Source of the DNA: Setoptus koraiensis
Taxonomy: Eukaryota; Animalia; Arthropoda
DNA: 64,000 nt
Direction: 5' to 3'
Assembly: GCA_048013815.1 (NCBI GenBank)
Contig: CM106586.1
Coordinates: 16,678,001-16,742,000, forward strand
Below are positions 13,001 to 27,135 of the stretch, in pieces; positions within the stretch are counted from its first letter, which is position 1, and every line of letters begins with the position of its first letter. Position numbers and translations under genes: made by a program. The notes beneath the pieces are model-generated. The model saw only the letters and a list, made by a program, of their open reading frames with translations, ran no database searches and was not told the origin of the DNA.

Positions 13001-14035
13001 AACCAGCGGCCCGGCAATTGGACAGGCTGCCGAGACACAAGTGCCAACAACGGAAGTGGCAATAATTAATCTGTAAACAGATTAAATAGATGGCGCTGCC
13101 GATTTGTGCGCCCATGTGTGATGTGACTGTGCCAATGTGATGATGCAGCGCAACAACAACAGCAACAACAACAGCAACAACGGCGGCAACAACAACGGCG
13201 GCAACAACAACAAGGCCGATTATTAAGCGATTATTGCTTTTAGTGTTGTTGCTGTTACCTTAATCACAAACACACACACACACTTATGGTGCAGGGGCCG
13301 GCGTTTTGCGCGAACGGGGGCCGATGGGGCCGCTACATGGTGCTACATGGTGCTATATGGTGCTGTATGGTGCACGGGTGCACGGGTGCAGGGGTTGCTG
13401 TGGCGAAGTGCGGACAGCGACAGACACAATGGCGAGCGAAAAGAACAAAATGGAAACAGGCAATTCTTTTGACACTTGTTATTTTGTTGTGCTTGTTTGA
13501 GTGCCCCAAATTCCTCAATCTAGCCAGGGCTGTTGTGAGCGCCAGCAACAACAACAACAGCAGTAACAACACCAACTAAGGCAACAACAACGACGCCAAC
13601 TACAGCGGCAACGACGGCGGCACAACCAACTAAATTTGTAAGTGCACGCCAGAATGGGGCCAAACGTAGAAACGTTGATTGAAGCTGCCAGTGGCTGTTG
13701 TTGCCACAACACCTTTGGCTCTCTTGGGGCCCCGCCAGCCAATGGGGCCCCAGCAACCAGCAGCCAGCCAGCCTGCCAGTGGGGCCCGGATATATAGGCC
13801 TGTGTGTGTGTGCGGCTCGCTGCTGCCAGTCGCTGCGAATCGCTGGATGGCCGGCGGGGGGGGGCGCCCAACGCGAGGAGAGAAGAGCGACGCGTCAGCT
13901 GCATCACACACACACACACACACACACAACATTTTGAGTTGTAACAGCGAGACAGTTAGCCAGACAGAACTAAGTACACACACTAAGCATAATTACACGC
14001 CTGAGACGGGCCCGTTGATTTCGTTGTTTCGCTGT

Positions 14036-14145
14036 TGGCTTCGACGATGCGCTGGCTTCGACGTTGCGCTGGCTTCGATGTTGCGCTGGCTTCGATGTGG
14101 CGCTGGCTTCGATGTGGCGCTGGCCTCGATGTGGCGCTGGCCTCG
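14036..14145. repeat. 17-nt minisatellite (GCTGGCTTCGATGTGGC-like)
   Basis: About 6 copies. Confidence 0.85.
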
Positions 14146-14722
14146 TTGTTTCGCTGGCTGGCTGATTCGCCAATTCGCCGATTCGCCGATTCGCTGATTC
14201 GCGGGCCGCTCGTCGCGGAATTGTTAGCCAGTCGGCGGGCGCTCGTTGCGGGATTGTTGCCCGGTCGGCCGCTCGGCTGACGCGGCGACTCGGCTGACGG
14301 GGGCGCTGAAACGGGCGAGGAATATCCATTTATGATTAGAGCCAGAGCTGGCTGCCAGCGCCCGAACGTAGCCAATGGCTCGAACGGCGAGCCGTTCGTC
14401 GCGAACACTGCCAACACGACGAACGCAGCGAACACGACGAACGCGGCCAACACGGCCAACTGTTCGCCGCGAACGCGCCCACGACAGCAGTGCCAGACAC
14501 ACATTAGGGCGACGTTGCAGCATTAGCACGGCGCACAGAGAGACGACGAATTCCGTTGGTTGCGTCAGCGCTCATCAGGCAGCTCGCGCGGCGCGAGCTT
14601 GCAAACAAACTGGCGGCTCGCGATATAATGACGCCACATAGAGGCGCTCACATCACATTGCGCCACAATGCGCCACAATGCGCCACAATGCATCACATGC
14701 GGCCACGTTACACGGGCACGCA

Positions 14723-14780
14723 GGGCACACACGTTGCGTAACAGGGCACACGTTGCGTAACAGGGCACACATTACGTAAC
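14723..14780. repeat. 19-nt tandem unit x3 carrying RTTRCGTAAC
   Basis: GGGCACACGTTGCGTAACA units; the third copy has ATTACGTAAC. Confidence 0.85.
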
Positions 14781-16062
14781 GCACATGATGAGTGTGCTAT
14801 ATGAGCAAGTGTGACGATGCCCAGACAGTGGCCAGCAGCAAAATGATGCAACGCACACACACACACACACTGACAAAGGAATCGGCTGTTACAAGCAACT
14901 GGCCAACTTGGCCCCATCACCGACTCACAAGCTTGTGGGGCCCCCATCCAAGGGGCCCCACAAGCTTGGCCCGCCAGGGGCCGCTGCTGGCCGTGCTGTT
15001 GTTGGCTCGACAATGTGCCAGCGCAGCAGCGGCGTATAATGGCCGCTGGCCAGCATCTCATCAACTTGGCCAGCATCTTTGTGAGCGATATGTTGACCAG
15101 TGTGCACATTTCGCTCACATTGATAGTGCACATTGTGAGCTGCACAACAATGTTGTCAGTTGGGCGCGCCGCTGAAACGCGGTGCCATCGGTATTGAATG
15201 CGCGGCACAGTGTGCACTGTGCCTATCAGTCTTGTTCCAGTTTGTGTGTGTGGGTGTTTGTGTCGCGCACGCACGGGCCCCACAGCGCCAACCAGCGCTG
15301 GCGCTGGCACAGCGTGGCGCGTCGCGCCGGAGCACAGATATTTTAATTAATTCGTGCCCCCAAAGCGGCGCAGCCAGCGGCCCGATGCGTCGACCGGGGC
15401 CCCGTTTGCTGGTTATTGGGGGGTGGGGGCGCCCCGGCAATAAGCAGCAAAAGAACAAATAATAAAAAGCGCGCACACAATAAACATTGTGTGGCCAATG
15501 GCCGCGACGCACACAGTGCCAGTGTGATACTGGACACAGTTGGCAGTGGCAGAATGGGGTGCGCTATGCGACATCGGCCGCGGTGGCGCTGCCCGCGCGC
15601 GCGGGCACAAAAGCGGAAATGAGCTGCTGGCGCCGCGGCCGCCGCATCGAGCCGGGCTAGCGAGTTGGGGCGAGAAACGCAAGCGTTGCAAGCGCAACTT
15701 ATATTGAATGTTGTTGTCGTTGTTGTCGGCGTCGTTGTTGCGGCGCGGATACGAGAGGAAATCATAATAGAAATAACGCTATTATTGTCTCATCTATCTC
15801 CAGTTTCGGCTGTGCGACAGGCAAAAGTAATGGCAGTCGCCAGCGACACACACACTCACGACACAACAAACAAGCAGCGACAAACAAGCTAGACGCGCGC
15901 GCTCGTTGCCAAACTGGCAAACTGGCCGCCAGTTACGTAACCAGACAAATGTTGTGATAAGGGCAACTTCTTTGCTCACAATGCTCGCTCGCTTGCGACT
16001 CCACCAGCCAGTGGCCGGAGTGACCAGTGACCGGCGGCCAGAGCGACCGGTGGCCAGAGTGG

Positions 16063-16123
16063 CCAGAGCCCGAAAGAGCGACCAGAGCCCGAAAGAGTGA
16101 CCAGAGCCCGAAAGAGTGACCAG
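16063..16123. repeat. 19-nt minisatellite (CCAGAGCCCGAAAGAGTGA) x3
   Basis: Tandem copies. Confidence 0.85.
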
Positions 16124-19100
16124 TGGCCACTTTTTGTCCTTTGTGGGCCTCATTGTTGCTGGCAGCTCGCTGATGGAGCCGTTGCTCGTTCGTTTGTCGC
16201 TTGTCGCTCCGAGCGCCAAAATGCGCCTGGCGACATTGTTGAGAGACTGACCACTGACCAATGGCCACTCGCTTGCCTCACAAGTCAGTCTTTGCCATAC
16301 ACACACACCAACATATATACTGGCCACAGCTGTTGTTGTGCGGGGGCGCGCACGCATGCGCTGGCTCGTACAAACCGGAAGTGGCCGCCGCCGCCGACTT
16401 TGCGCGCGTGCCGCTTTCGCGTGTTTGTGTGGGTATATGGGCAGCTACAAGCCGAGACTAATGCAATTGTTGGATATTGTCCACTGACGGCACACAGTGG
16501 CCACAAGATAACGCAACAGCGAGCCACGGATAGCCGACGATTGTCGCCAATCCGGAACTCGCTCGCTTGTTCGGTGGCTCGGCGGCTCGGTGGCTCGCGG
16601 ACGCGCGTAGCGGTAAGTGCGCGAGTGACTGGGCGACCGTCTCCTTGCTCGCGGGTGTCGGCGGGGCCATTGGCGGAGCTAACCGACGACGCGAGCTTAC
16701 TTGTTCCTCCGCTAGAGTGCCCCCCTCGGCAGGGTGTGCTCGCCAGGCGGCGCGATATCGAATTTAATCTCGACTCGCAAGCCGGATAAAAGCACGAGCA
16801 GTGTTGCCAACTGGCACACGAGTGCCAATCACATGCAAAGTGATTGGCATTCAATCGTGTCGTCACTCGCTCTCTCTCTGTCGCTGGTTGGGCCAATATC
16901 GGCCAGCGTCGTCATGCTAATCACACATGATGCAGCCAGCATTGCGTCATATCGTAACGGTCCGCGTCAAACAGTCACATCATTGATGCCAGCGAGCCAG
17001 CGACTGGCTCGCTGTTGCGTCAATTGTGCCGGCTGGCGACAAATCGCTGCACACAACTGGCAATGCAATTTTTTTTTGTTCATTTTGACGACAGCTAGGT
17101 GCCGCCAATTTGCGCCCGCCGCGCACCTAGCGGCCAAGCGGCACAGACGGCGCAGACGGCACAAAGGGGCGCGCTCGGTGCGGCCCCAAGCGCCAGCTAA
17201 TGAGAAATAATTAATTAATTGTAATTGGCACACAAGTGGCAGCATCGTCGCCGCCGGTCGCCGGGGCCAGAGGCGCGCTCGCCAAGATGCAAACGAGCGC
17301 GCGTTGCTGGCGCCGCCTATAGCTCGTGTTGTGCGAGTTGTTGTCGGGCCAATTTGGGGCCAATCGCCGATGCGGCGCACCGACGATTTGCGAATCGATT
17401 CGCGGCCGATCGCCGGTCGCCCGTCGCCAGTCGGCCGGCCGCGCGCGATTGGTAATTGCGAGAACGAAAGTTCATTCCGCTTCGTCGCACCGATTCTGGC
17501 AATTCTGTGCGCGCGTGCCGCGCGCGGCGCAGCTCCGTGCGGCGCTGCATTGTTGCGTAATTTGCCGGCCCGCATCCGACGCGGTTGTCCGGGGTCGTTT
17601 TATGTCGCTGTTGTCGTCGTTGTCGCTGTTGTCGCTGTTGTCGCGGTTGCAGCGACCAGCGGCCACGATGACCAGCGGCTCGGCGACGAGCAAGTGGCCA
17701 TCGGCGGTGCGCAGGTAGCGCGCCGTTAGCGCCGCGCGCGGCCCATATAGCACCGATTAATTGCCGGCCGCTGACCGCACCGTAAACAAGATAACGGCGA
17801 TAAGCATTTTACATGAGATTAGGGCGAGCGGTCATCTTATTATCATAATATTACCATAGCGTCCATCTCATTATAACAGTTATAACTGACCACTCGGGAT
17901 GCACTGATGATTGAACTCGACGTGCCCGTTGTTGTCGCCCGACGCCGGCCCCTCGCGCTGGCGCCCGATGCTGACCGGCCCGGCAGTTGGTGCCACGGCA
18001 TGATTGTGTTGCGTGGCCCCTGTGGCCGTGACGTGCGCAAGGCGCCCATTACGTAATTTAATTTCATCACTATGCTAACTGTGCTAACTGTGCTAACTGT
18101 GTGCTCGCGCACGACCCAAACACAAGCTCGTGCGGCAAACAACGCGCGCACAACCCAAACACGGGCTCGTGCGGCAAACAACGCGCGCACAACTTGTTAT
18201 ATTGTGTGTGTGTGTATTACGTCATCGCCGCTAGGTGCTAGCGGGCTGCGGGCTGGGCGTGGCTTCTGTTTGGTGATTGTTGTTGCCCGTGTGTTCAATT
18301 TCGTGCGTTTTCTGTGCCACAATGCTGCTCGCATCGCTGTTGCACTAATTCAATAGTGTGTGCCAATATGTGCCAGTTTGCCAGTCGGCTAGCAAGCGCT
18401 GCAGCGAGCGAGCTGCCCGCAAACAACACGAACAACACGTGATTTCGCGTCACTTGGCCCGCTGCTGCTGCTGCTGATGGCGCCCCTGTCGGCCGGCCCG
18501 GTTAAGTATGTGATAATCGTCGTCATGTCGGGCGCCTCTAAATTATATTATATAGGCGCCCCATTACGTGCGTGTGCGTGTGCAAACAACAATAATAAAC
18601 GACGAACAAACGGTTTGTAACAAGCGCGCGCATTTGCGAGATGCGCGCGAAACATCGCAACCGATGCGAGCATCTCGACAACGGCAACTGTGCCAGCTAC
18701 AGCCAGCACAGGCACACTTACAGCTAATACCTGGCTACTTCCGGTCAGCCGACAACGAGCCCAGCGAGCGAGCGGCACAACAGGAGCAACATCGATAGTG
18801 TGCGAGCACATGATGCGACTGGACAAAGTCGGAATAGCCTGCGCGTCGGAATACCTGTCGTCGGTGTGGCGATGGTGAGCGAGTGGCCGGCACACTGGAC
18901 AGATAATTGGCACAACTCACTCACTGCGCTCACCTGTAATAATTGTTGTTTGTGAATGACGCTTCATAGACTATCGACTATCGGCTAACAATGTGCGCGA
19001 AATGTCGTGTGACTTTTTCACAAAATGGCACCACAAACGGTTATTGTTGTTGGCTGTCACCGGTAGCCTGGCAACGGGCAGTTGAGCTGCCAATCATAAT

Positions 19101-19557
19101 TGGTGGCCGACAACTGATGATGATGATTGCGCAACGACTGCGCGTGTTTGTGTTGCTCGGTGACTAGGGGGCGCCCGAGTGATGCCACTAACTGTAATAT
19201 GTGTCTGCCCGTTGACTGTTGTCTCTGGCACCATCAGTCTCTGGCAACATCGGTCTGTGGCAACATCGGTCTGTGGCAACATCAGTCTGTGGCAACGGCG
19301 GCGGCCGCGGAATGTCCGCGGCGATGGGCACGCCTAGGGTACGAGCAGCGGCACGGGCAGCGGTGCGAGCAGCGGCACGAGCGAGGGCACGGGCGGCGGC
19401 GCGAGCAGCGGCACGAGCGAGGGCACGGGCGGTGGCGCGGGCAATTGGCGCCTAGAGCCGCGCAGTGGTATTAATGCCGCCGCTAACGATATTACGTAAT
19501 CATTCGTAAGATTCGCAGTTGGCAGCGGTTGTGGCGCGATAGCAGCTCACATACAAA

Positions 19558-19900
19558 CGACGCGATGCGAGGCGATACGACGCGATACGCGGCGATACGA
19601 GGCGACGTAAGAGCTCACATAATCTCATGATTACGATCTCATCATGATGACGACCAGACAAGACGAGACGAGATGCGACGCGATAGAAGGAGATGAAATG
19701 AAACGAGATGAGACGAGATGAGTTCGGATGAGATGGGTTTGCGCGAGATGAGACGAGACGCGCTCGCACGAGATGAGTTTGGACGAGATGAGATCAGGGC
19801 AGCCAGCAGCCAGCAGCGAGATGAGATAGAAGGAGATGAAATGAGATGAGATGAGATGAGTTTGGTCGCGAGTGGAGAGCGCGAGTGGAGACGAGATGAG
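19558..19900. repeat. Pentanucleotide satellite tract (GAGAT/GAGAC/GCGAT)n
   Basis: About 340 bp of degenerate 5-mers. Confidence 0.85.
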
Positions 19901-20784
19901 GACATGGCGCGCAATGGGATCAGTTGAGCAGTTGGGGCCAAAACTAATCGTGCCCCAACTCACACAACCCAACTTATAGCCAACTTATATCCCAACTTAT
20001 ATCCCAACTTATATCCGTGCGAGGCTCTCGCACATGTAACGGCGCAAACTGGCCACAGGGAATGGAATCAGCGCCAGCCAGTCACTGTGGCTAGCGTCGC
20101 AAATGGGGCGACCCGGGCCCGTGGCGCGGCGCGTCGAGTGGCGGCAGCGCAGCGAGCGGCAGCGGCGCGCGCGTGCACCACCGCGTGCACCACCGCGAGC
20201 AGCACCGCGAGCAGCACATAGCGACCTAATGATAGCCAGCCCAATGGATGCGAGTTGGTGCCAGTTGCCAGTCGCCAGTTGGTGCGAGCCAGCTGAAACA
20301 AGCCCAAGGAGCTCGCCTTGTCGCCGGAGCTGGCGGGCAACGCGGGCCCCACCAGCGCGACAACACGCGCGACACGACAACACGCGCGACACACAAGAGC
20401 GCCACCATTATGATGGGCGCTATGTGCCGTTCGCGACTCCTGGGCGCTCCAGCTCCTCGGCGAGCCCCTCAGCGAGCCTCTCAGCGAGTCCCGCTAGCTG
20501 ATGAGCCCAAACGAAAAGTGGCTCGCACTCGAGCAGCGGGCCCCATTTGCGGGGCGGCGCGGCCGGCAGTTGGCGCAATGGTGCAAACTATTGCTCTTGG
20601 CACTCAACTGTGTCGCCCGACACAGCGGCCTGGCCCGCCAGATAACGCCAGCAATGAGCGAGAGGGGGCCTATAGAGAATTCTCGCCATTCTATCAATCT
20701 GTCTGTGTCTGTTGTGCCGCACAACTTGTGCGAGCTTGCCGCTCGGGCTTGTGCGCCCATTTGCGCCCCCTCTCGTGCAGTCCA

Positions 20785-20815
<31 letters not shown>

Positions 20816-22659
20816 CAACTGGCATCGACCACCACCTATAGGCCGGCTCTCTAAGCTGGCTGGCCATTAACTGGCGCGCCGCTAGGCGTGTTTGTTTATC
20901 GCCTGGCGCCTATTTGCCATTGCCACCAGCAAAAATAGGCCTTGTCCGCCAGGGGCGCGCAAGGCGCGCCCGTTTCCGTGCCCAACATGGCGTGGGTGCA
21001 GTTGCAGCACACCATGTTGTGCCAGTTGTTGTCGCAGTCGGTCGCAGTCGGTCGCAGCCGGTGCAGCGGCCGCTGCACCGAGTGCACCAGCGACAATTGG
21101 CGAAAGTGCACCGGAAACAGACAGACACGAGCTACTAGCTCGGAGATAGGCTGTGGCCCGCATAGTCCCGCACAGCACAGTGATACCCACACACGATATG
21201 ATAATACCCTCACGTGATGTGATAATACCCTCATACGGTGCGATAATACCCGCCGCCCCTCTGGATGGCGTGATTGCGCGCTCGAGGCGCACCAATCAGG
21301 TAACAAACAAACACACAGTGAGATAATCTCGCTCTAGATAGCGCGCTCGCGATATTTAAAGAATTGACAGTGCCAACGAAGGGCTTTGCCGCTGTTGGGC
21401 CCACGTGCGACTGTAAGTTGCGCGTGCAACGTGCTACTGCAACGAGTTACGTAACAGTTTGCGACAGACAGCGGCTGGCGCGGCAAAAAGAGCGGCAGCG
21501 AGCGCGAGATAAGACGCAGTGGAGTTTTTGTCGTTCAATTGGTCGCAAAAGTGGCGCCGCCCGCCACACTAGCGATCGCGAGCTCGTGCCAGCTCGTGCC
21601 AGCGCGTGCAAACAGTGGGCGCAAATAATAAATCTGGGCCCACTGGCAAGTGTCTGTCTGGTGGCAGTTTAAATAACTGGCGCACTCAAGTCTCAAACGT
21701 TGACAGTGAGTGACACGTGAGAGACAGCTTGCATTTTATATACTTGTGAGCGCGCGCCAGCCGGGCCCCAGTCGGCCGGCCGGGCCCCAGTTAGGCAGCC
21801 GGGCCCCAGTTGAAACGATGGCCGGCCGGCTGGCAGACTCTGCTGAGCAGAGACATAAATTAATCTGGGCGCCACTCAGTTGTCTGAGTGGGGCCGCTGG
21901 CTCGCCGGGCGAGTCGCATCAGATCGCGAGACGCCATCTTTTCGGGGAATCCTTCTCGGCTGGGCACAAACAACAATGTGTGACATATGGTGATCTATTA
22001 ATACTGATTGATACTGATTGTAAAATGAGCGCCTGCAAAGTGCTCGTCATTATTTCGAGATTAGAGCCTTGCCCGCTCGCTGGTTATCGGTCGTATACTG
22101 ATACAACGGCCGCTTGTATACTGCCCAGTAGTTGTGTAACAACGGCAGTTGCGTAACAACTCGGCACACGTAACAGTTTATCAGCATCCTGTTATCGTTG
22201 TTTCAACGTTGCGCAATTTCACCTGGTGTTCGCGTGCCGGCAGCATCGCAATTAACGAGCCCGCCAGTTGATAATTTTGAGTTGAATTGATAATTTCAAC
22301 AATTTCACAATTTCACAATTTCAATTTTCACGTGGACGCTGCTGCTGTTGCTGAAAATTCAAACAACAACAGCTCGCTTATCTCGTGACGACTGGCCGCA
22401 AAGATTTAATCATCTGATAATCAGGTGATAATGAGATGCCCAAGAGCGATAGTCGCTGGCCATTCGTTGTGCATTGTGTTTATCAAGCTGCCGGCAGCTT
22501 GTTTGCGACCGGCATAAATCACATTGTCGGATTGTTTTAAACTGGAATTGATCGCCAGCGCCCCTTTCGGCGCTCACCAACAAAACCAACAGAACCAAGA
22601 CCAACAAAACCGAAACCAACAAAACCAAAATTCACTCTGTCAGCGATGCCGATCGTGGA

Positions 22660-22736
22660 CCCCACAGTCACAGGGGCCCCCACAGTCACAGGGGCCCCCA
22701 CAGTCACAGGGGCCCCCACAGTCACAGGGGCCCCCA
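22660..22736. repeat. 18-nt minisatellite (CCCACAGTCACAGGGGCC) x4
   Basis: Near-perfect copies. Confidence 0.9.
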
Positions 22737-23684
22737 TCTGGCCAGCGATTCGAGTCTTGAGGCTGTTCTGTTTTGAGGCAGCCATCATTTTGCATACATT
22801 ATATATTATCACACATTTATTTATAATAACGTTCAATGTGGACTAAGTGTATGTGTTATTTAGTGGCGACATCTCGGCCGGCGAGTTATCGGCACGCAAG
22901 CGCCCCCATTAAGTAGCTACCATTTTAAGAAGCGAGCAAGTGCAAACAATGATACAGGCCAAGTTCACATGTCACAACTCGAGCCAGCTCATATAGGCTC
23001 CTTTGATGCTGCTCCCCCCAAGTGCACGGCGCCCGAACCAGAGGGCGCCACCGCACGGCGATGGGCGTGCAGCGTCACCCTAATGCTGTTGTCGTTGTCG
23101 CTGCTGTTGTTGTTGTTGTTGCCGTTGCTGTTGTCGTTGTTTGGGGGACGGGGGACGGCACGAAAATGAGCGACGTGTGTGTGTGTGTGTGTGTGTGTGT
23201 TAACATGATAGGTTACCTAGGACGCTGTTCGTCTGTTTGGGTGCCAATCAAACATATTGCATCTCGCTGACGGCACCCACACACACACACACCCAAATTG
23301 GGCTTCTCGGAGGTGCCCGCTGCTGCCCATAAATTTGGGGCTGCCCAGAAATACCCCGAGGCGTCCCTGGCGCAACTCAGGACACACCAGCCATCGCCAT
23401 ACTGGACATTGGGTGCACGGCATACAATACAGGGTATCCCGGGGCCCGCCAGGGTATTTCACAGAATTGGCGCCGGCGATTTGGGAGTGCCCATGCTCGG
23501 GCCAATGCTCGGGCCAATGCTCGAGCCAACCGGCGAGAGGGGTGCGCATGCCGCACACACGAGCGGCCAACTGGAGGGGAGCCACTTCCGGCGCGACAAC
23601 CAGCAATCTTTGTGTTCAATGCGCGTGAAGGTTGCGTTTGAGCGTGTCAGCAGTGGCCGATCTTTAGACAGTTCGCGTTGACGT

Positions 23685-23790
23685 TGTACAACAACCGTAT
23701 ACAACAACAGTGTACAACAACCGTATACAACAACAGTGTACAACAACCGTATACAACAACAGTGTACAACAACTGCAAACAACAATTGTA
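23685..23790. repeat. 13/26-nt composite repeat (TGTACAACAACCG/TATACAACAACAG)
   Basis: Alternating subunits. Confidence 0.85.
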
Positions 23791-26700
23791 CACGGCGATT
23801 GTCAGCGGTGCCCACTGCATTAATACCAATCTATGCGCATCCCGTGTATTGCACCAATATTCATTCATGTACATATACGCCGTATGTTATGCGGGGTATC
23901 ATCGAGTACCGTACCCCGGATATTGTCGGCCCAGCGCTGGTTGCGGGCACATATTCACGACACTGGCACGGACTTGGGCGCAACGTGGGCGCTGGCACAA
24001 CACAAACACGGGCACAGACTGCGTTCGGCTGCGCCAGCGTCCATTTGGTTGCTGGCTGATATTGATGGGGGCCAAATATGGATATCGGTGATCTGTGGAT
24101 GGCAGAGTTGTGCAATGTTGTGTGTGTCGCCCATGTGCACAACTCTCGTGACTCGTGCACACGGGCACCTCGGACACGGGCCACAGCTAATGATTGGCCG
24201 CCGCGAGCCGGGCGCGGATTGGGGGCGCCCGACGGGCTGCGCGCGGCCGCGGCGCGCGGAACAATGGCAAAGTGGCTCGTTTGGCAGCGACGCGAGCGAC
24301 CAATGTTAATAAGGGCCTAATAACGAGAATGATGGTCGAGAATTTACATTGGCACCACCGCAAATATGGCCATCGCGGCCGCATGTTTGCAATGTCGGCC
24401 GTCGCCGGTTGTCGCTGGTTGTTGCTGGTTAATGCCGGTTGTTGGTCGCTGTCGGTCGCCGTCGTTGGCCGTCGTTGGCCGTCGTTGGCCGTCGTTGGCC
24501 GTCGTTGGCCGTCGGTCGCCGTCGGTCGTTGGCGCTGCAACTGGACGGAGCGGGTCGAGAATCGCGGCCCGACTCGTCGCAATTGGAACAGCGACGCCGA
24601 ACAGTTGGCCGCACCGTGGGCCGCGGCTCGTCGCGGGTGCGATGCTGTTGTTGTCGGTGCCGCTGTCGTTGTTGTTGGCGTTGCCGCTGTCGCTGTTGCC
24701 GTCGTTGCTGTCGCTGTTGCTGTTGCCGTCGCTGTTGTCCCGCGGCCCGCGATGGCGGGTGACGAGCGCGAGATGGACAAGATGATGGAACACGAACAAT
24801 GCGGCCCGTTTGTGTGCGCTTGTGCGCGTCGCGTACGTGCCCAGGGGATGGCCGTGGTCGGTGGGTGCCATTGTCAGCGGCGCGCCGACCAGTGTGCCGT
24901 GAACGGCCGACTGCGGGCCGCAAACCGAGCGCCGCGACCGAGCGCACAACTGGCAACGCTGCGCCGGGACGCAAATGGCAGCGACGGCGTGGCGCGGAAT
25001 CGCAGAAATAGGAATTGTAAATTGCGAATTGTGGAGCGCGTGCGAGCGCCCAGTTGGCGCTGTTATCGGGGCCCGTCATCGGCTGGCGATTGCAGTGCGC
25101 TCCGATTCTCCGCCAACTCGCGGCCGATTCTCCACGAATTCGCAGCGAATTCGCAGCCAGTTGGCAGCCAACTCGCAGCGAATTGGCAGCGAACGTTCGT
25201 TTCGCGTTCCACGGCGCGTTCCACGGTGGCCACAGCGCCAGTGTGTGCGCTTTTGACGAGAACTCGCTGCCCCTCGTCATGGCGAATCAAAAGCGCTGTG
25301 CGAACGCGCTCCGAATTCCTCTCGCCGCTGCTGTTCTTGTCAGTTGGTGTCTGTGGCTACATCGTAGCCGGTTTGTGTCGCGCTATTGGCACCAGCGGCT
25401 CGGGCACCAGCGGCGGCGACCGAAATTCGCCATTGAGCGGCCGGCGCTGACCGAGCGGCCCGGCGCAGCTTGCAGCACGCCGACAGCAGGCACCGGCGGC
25501 ACGCTGCAGCGCGGACAATCAAAATATCGAAAATATCGCCGGTCAGCGCCGGCCCGAGTGGCCCGCTCGGCCCACGCTGACCAGTCACACTGGCCGCCAG
25601 CGCGACACCGCGGGCCAGCGCGACACCGCGGGCCACAGCGAGAGCTGGCGACCGCATGAGACGGCGCGGGCCGGCAGGCGACGACACGGTCCCACACTGG
25701 CGAGGGCCCAACGCGAAACATGTGCAATATGGAGCGCAACGGGTAGCCGCCGTGGCCGACCGTCCAACGGTCAATCATCGCGCCGAACGAGTGGAACGAG
25801 CGGCCGGACGAGCGGGCCCGATGAGCGGGCCGGACGAGCGGGCTCGCGAACGAGCAAAGCCAAACGGCACCTGTGCGCTGGGTCGCATCAGCCAATGAGC
25901 GGTGTTGGGTTGCTCGGGCAAGCTAACAAGTTGCGGGCGATAAGTTTGACAAGCGACAGCGAAAACTATTAGCGCTCGTATCATGTTACTGATGCTTGTC
26001 GAAGCCGCCACGAGGCTCGCTGCGGCGCCATTGTCGCTTTGTTTGGGTGACGTCGATGATGTTTTATCGCGCTGATGCTGTTGCCGTGTTTGTGTTTATG
26101 TTCAACATGATCAAATGACAAGCTCAAACTGATGTAATCAGTCGTGTTGCGCGATAATGACCATACAGCACACAACACAACACTGCAATATACGCACAGA
26201 GCCGGACACGGTATAGTTATATGCCGCTGGTTTGTTGGTTGTGTCGCGGGTTGTGCCTTCGGACCGGCGCCGCCGCCGCCAACGGACGGGCAGTGCGGAT
26301 GGACGGGCGGTGCGGATGGACGGGCACTGGGGCAAGATAAGCATCGCTATCGTTATGTAACTGCAAACCTTTGTACCTTTGCGCGCACACAATATTGCAC
26401 ACAACACGTATACATGTACGCCTTTTTGCTGCTCCCTTATCTCGTGCAAAACACGCGCCACGCAATCTGTGCGATGGCACGCCGATGGCGCGATAATGGC
26501 ACACACAGATAATTCACTTTGTTGGTATGCATCAGCAACTGACCACTTGCACGCAATTGCACTCGCTGCGCCGCGCCACCCAGCGCTCACACCGACCGCT
26601 CATGGCTCAAGTGACACTGCGAGCGATTTACGAGCAATCTGTGCCCGATCACGTCGGACTAAACGCGGCCGGGCCGGACCGGACCGGACATTGGCGGACT

Positions 26701-27135
26701 GGGCATCGGCGCACTGGACGTGGGCGCAGGGTGACAAAATGCCCGTCGTGGGCCCGTCACACGGCGCAAATAATGCAAATAATACAATGCCGACAACACA
26801 ATGCCAATGACACAATGCTAATAACACAATACCGATGCCGGTGGTGCGATGCGGATAACGCGACGCCCATGACACAATGCCGATAATACGATTCCGAGCG
26901 GGCGACAAGATCGTGCGCATTCCCGCAGCAATCGTGTGCAGCAATCGTGTGCAGCAATCGCGTGCAGGAATTGTGTGCAGCAATCGTGTGCAGGAATTGT
27001 GTGCAGGAATGCACACGGTGTCGAGTTGCCGACAATGTCGAGGCGAGATGTGCCTGAGTACGTAAATTATGCGCGCGCCATTGTCAATGGCACATTGTTG
27101 GCCAAAGGATGATGGGGCCACAAATTGTGGCACAG

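Noticed and set aside
24194-25450. 418-aa plus-strand ORF and overlapping long ORFs
   Set aside because: GC-rich and built from tandem repeats (GTTGGCCGTC, GCT/GTT runs). It is open in several frames at once, has no recognisable domain, and lies in an exd intron.
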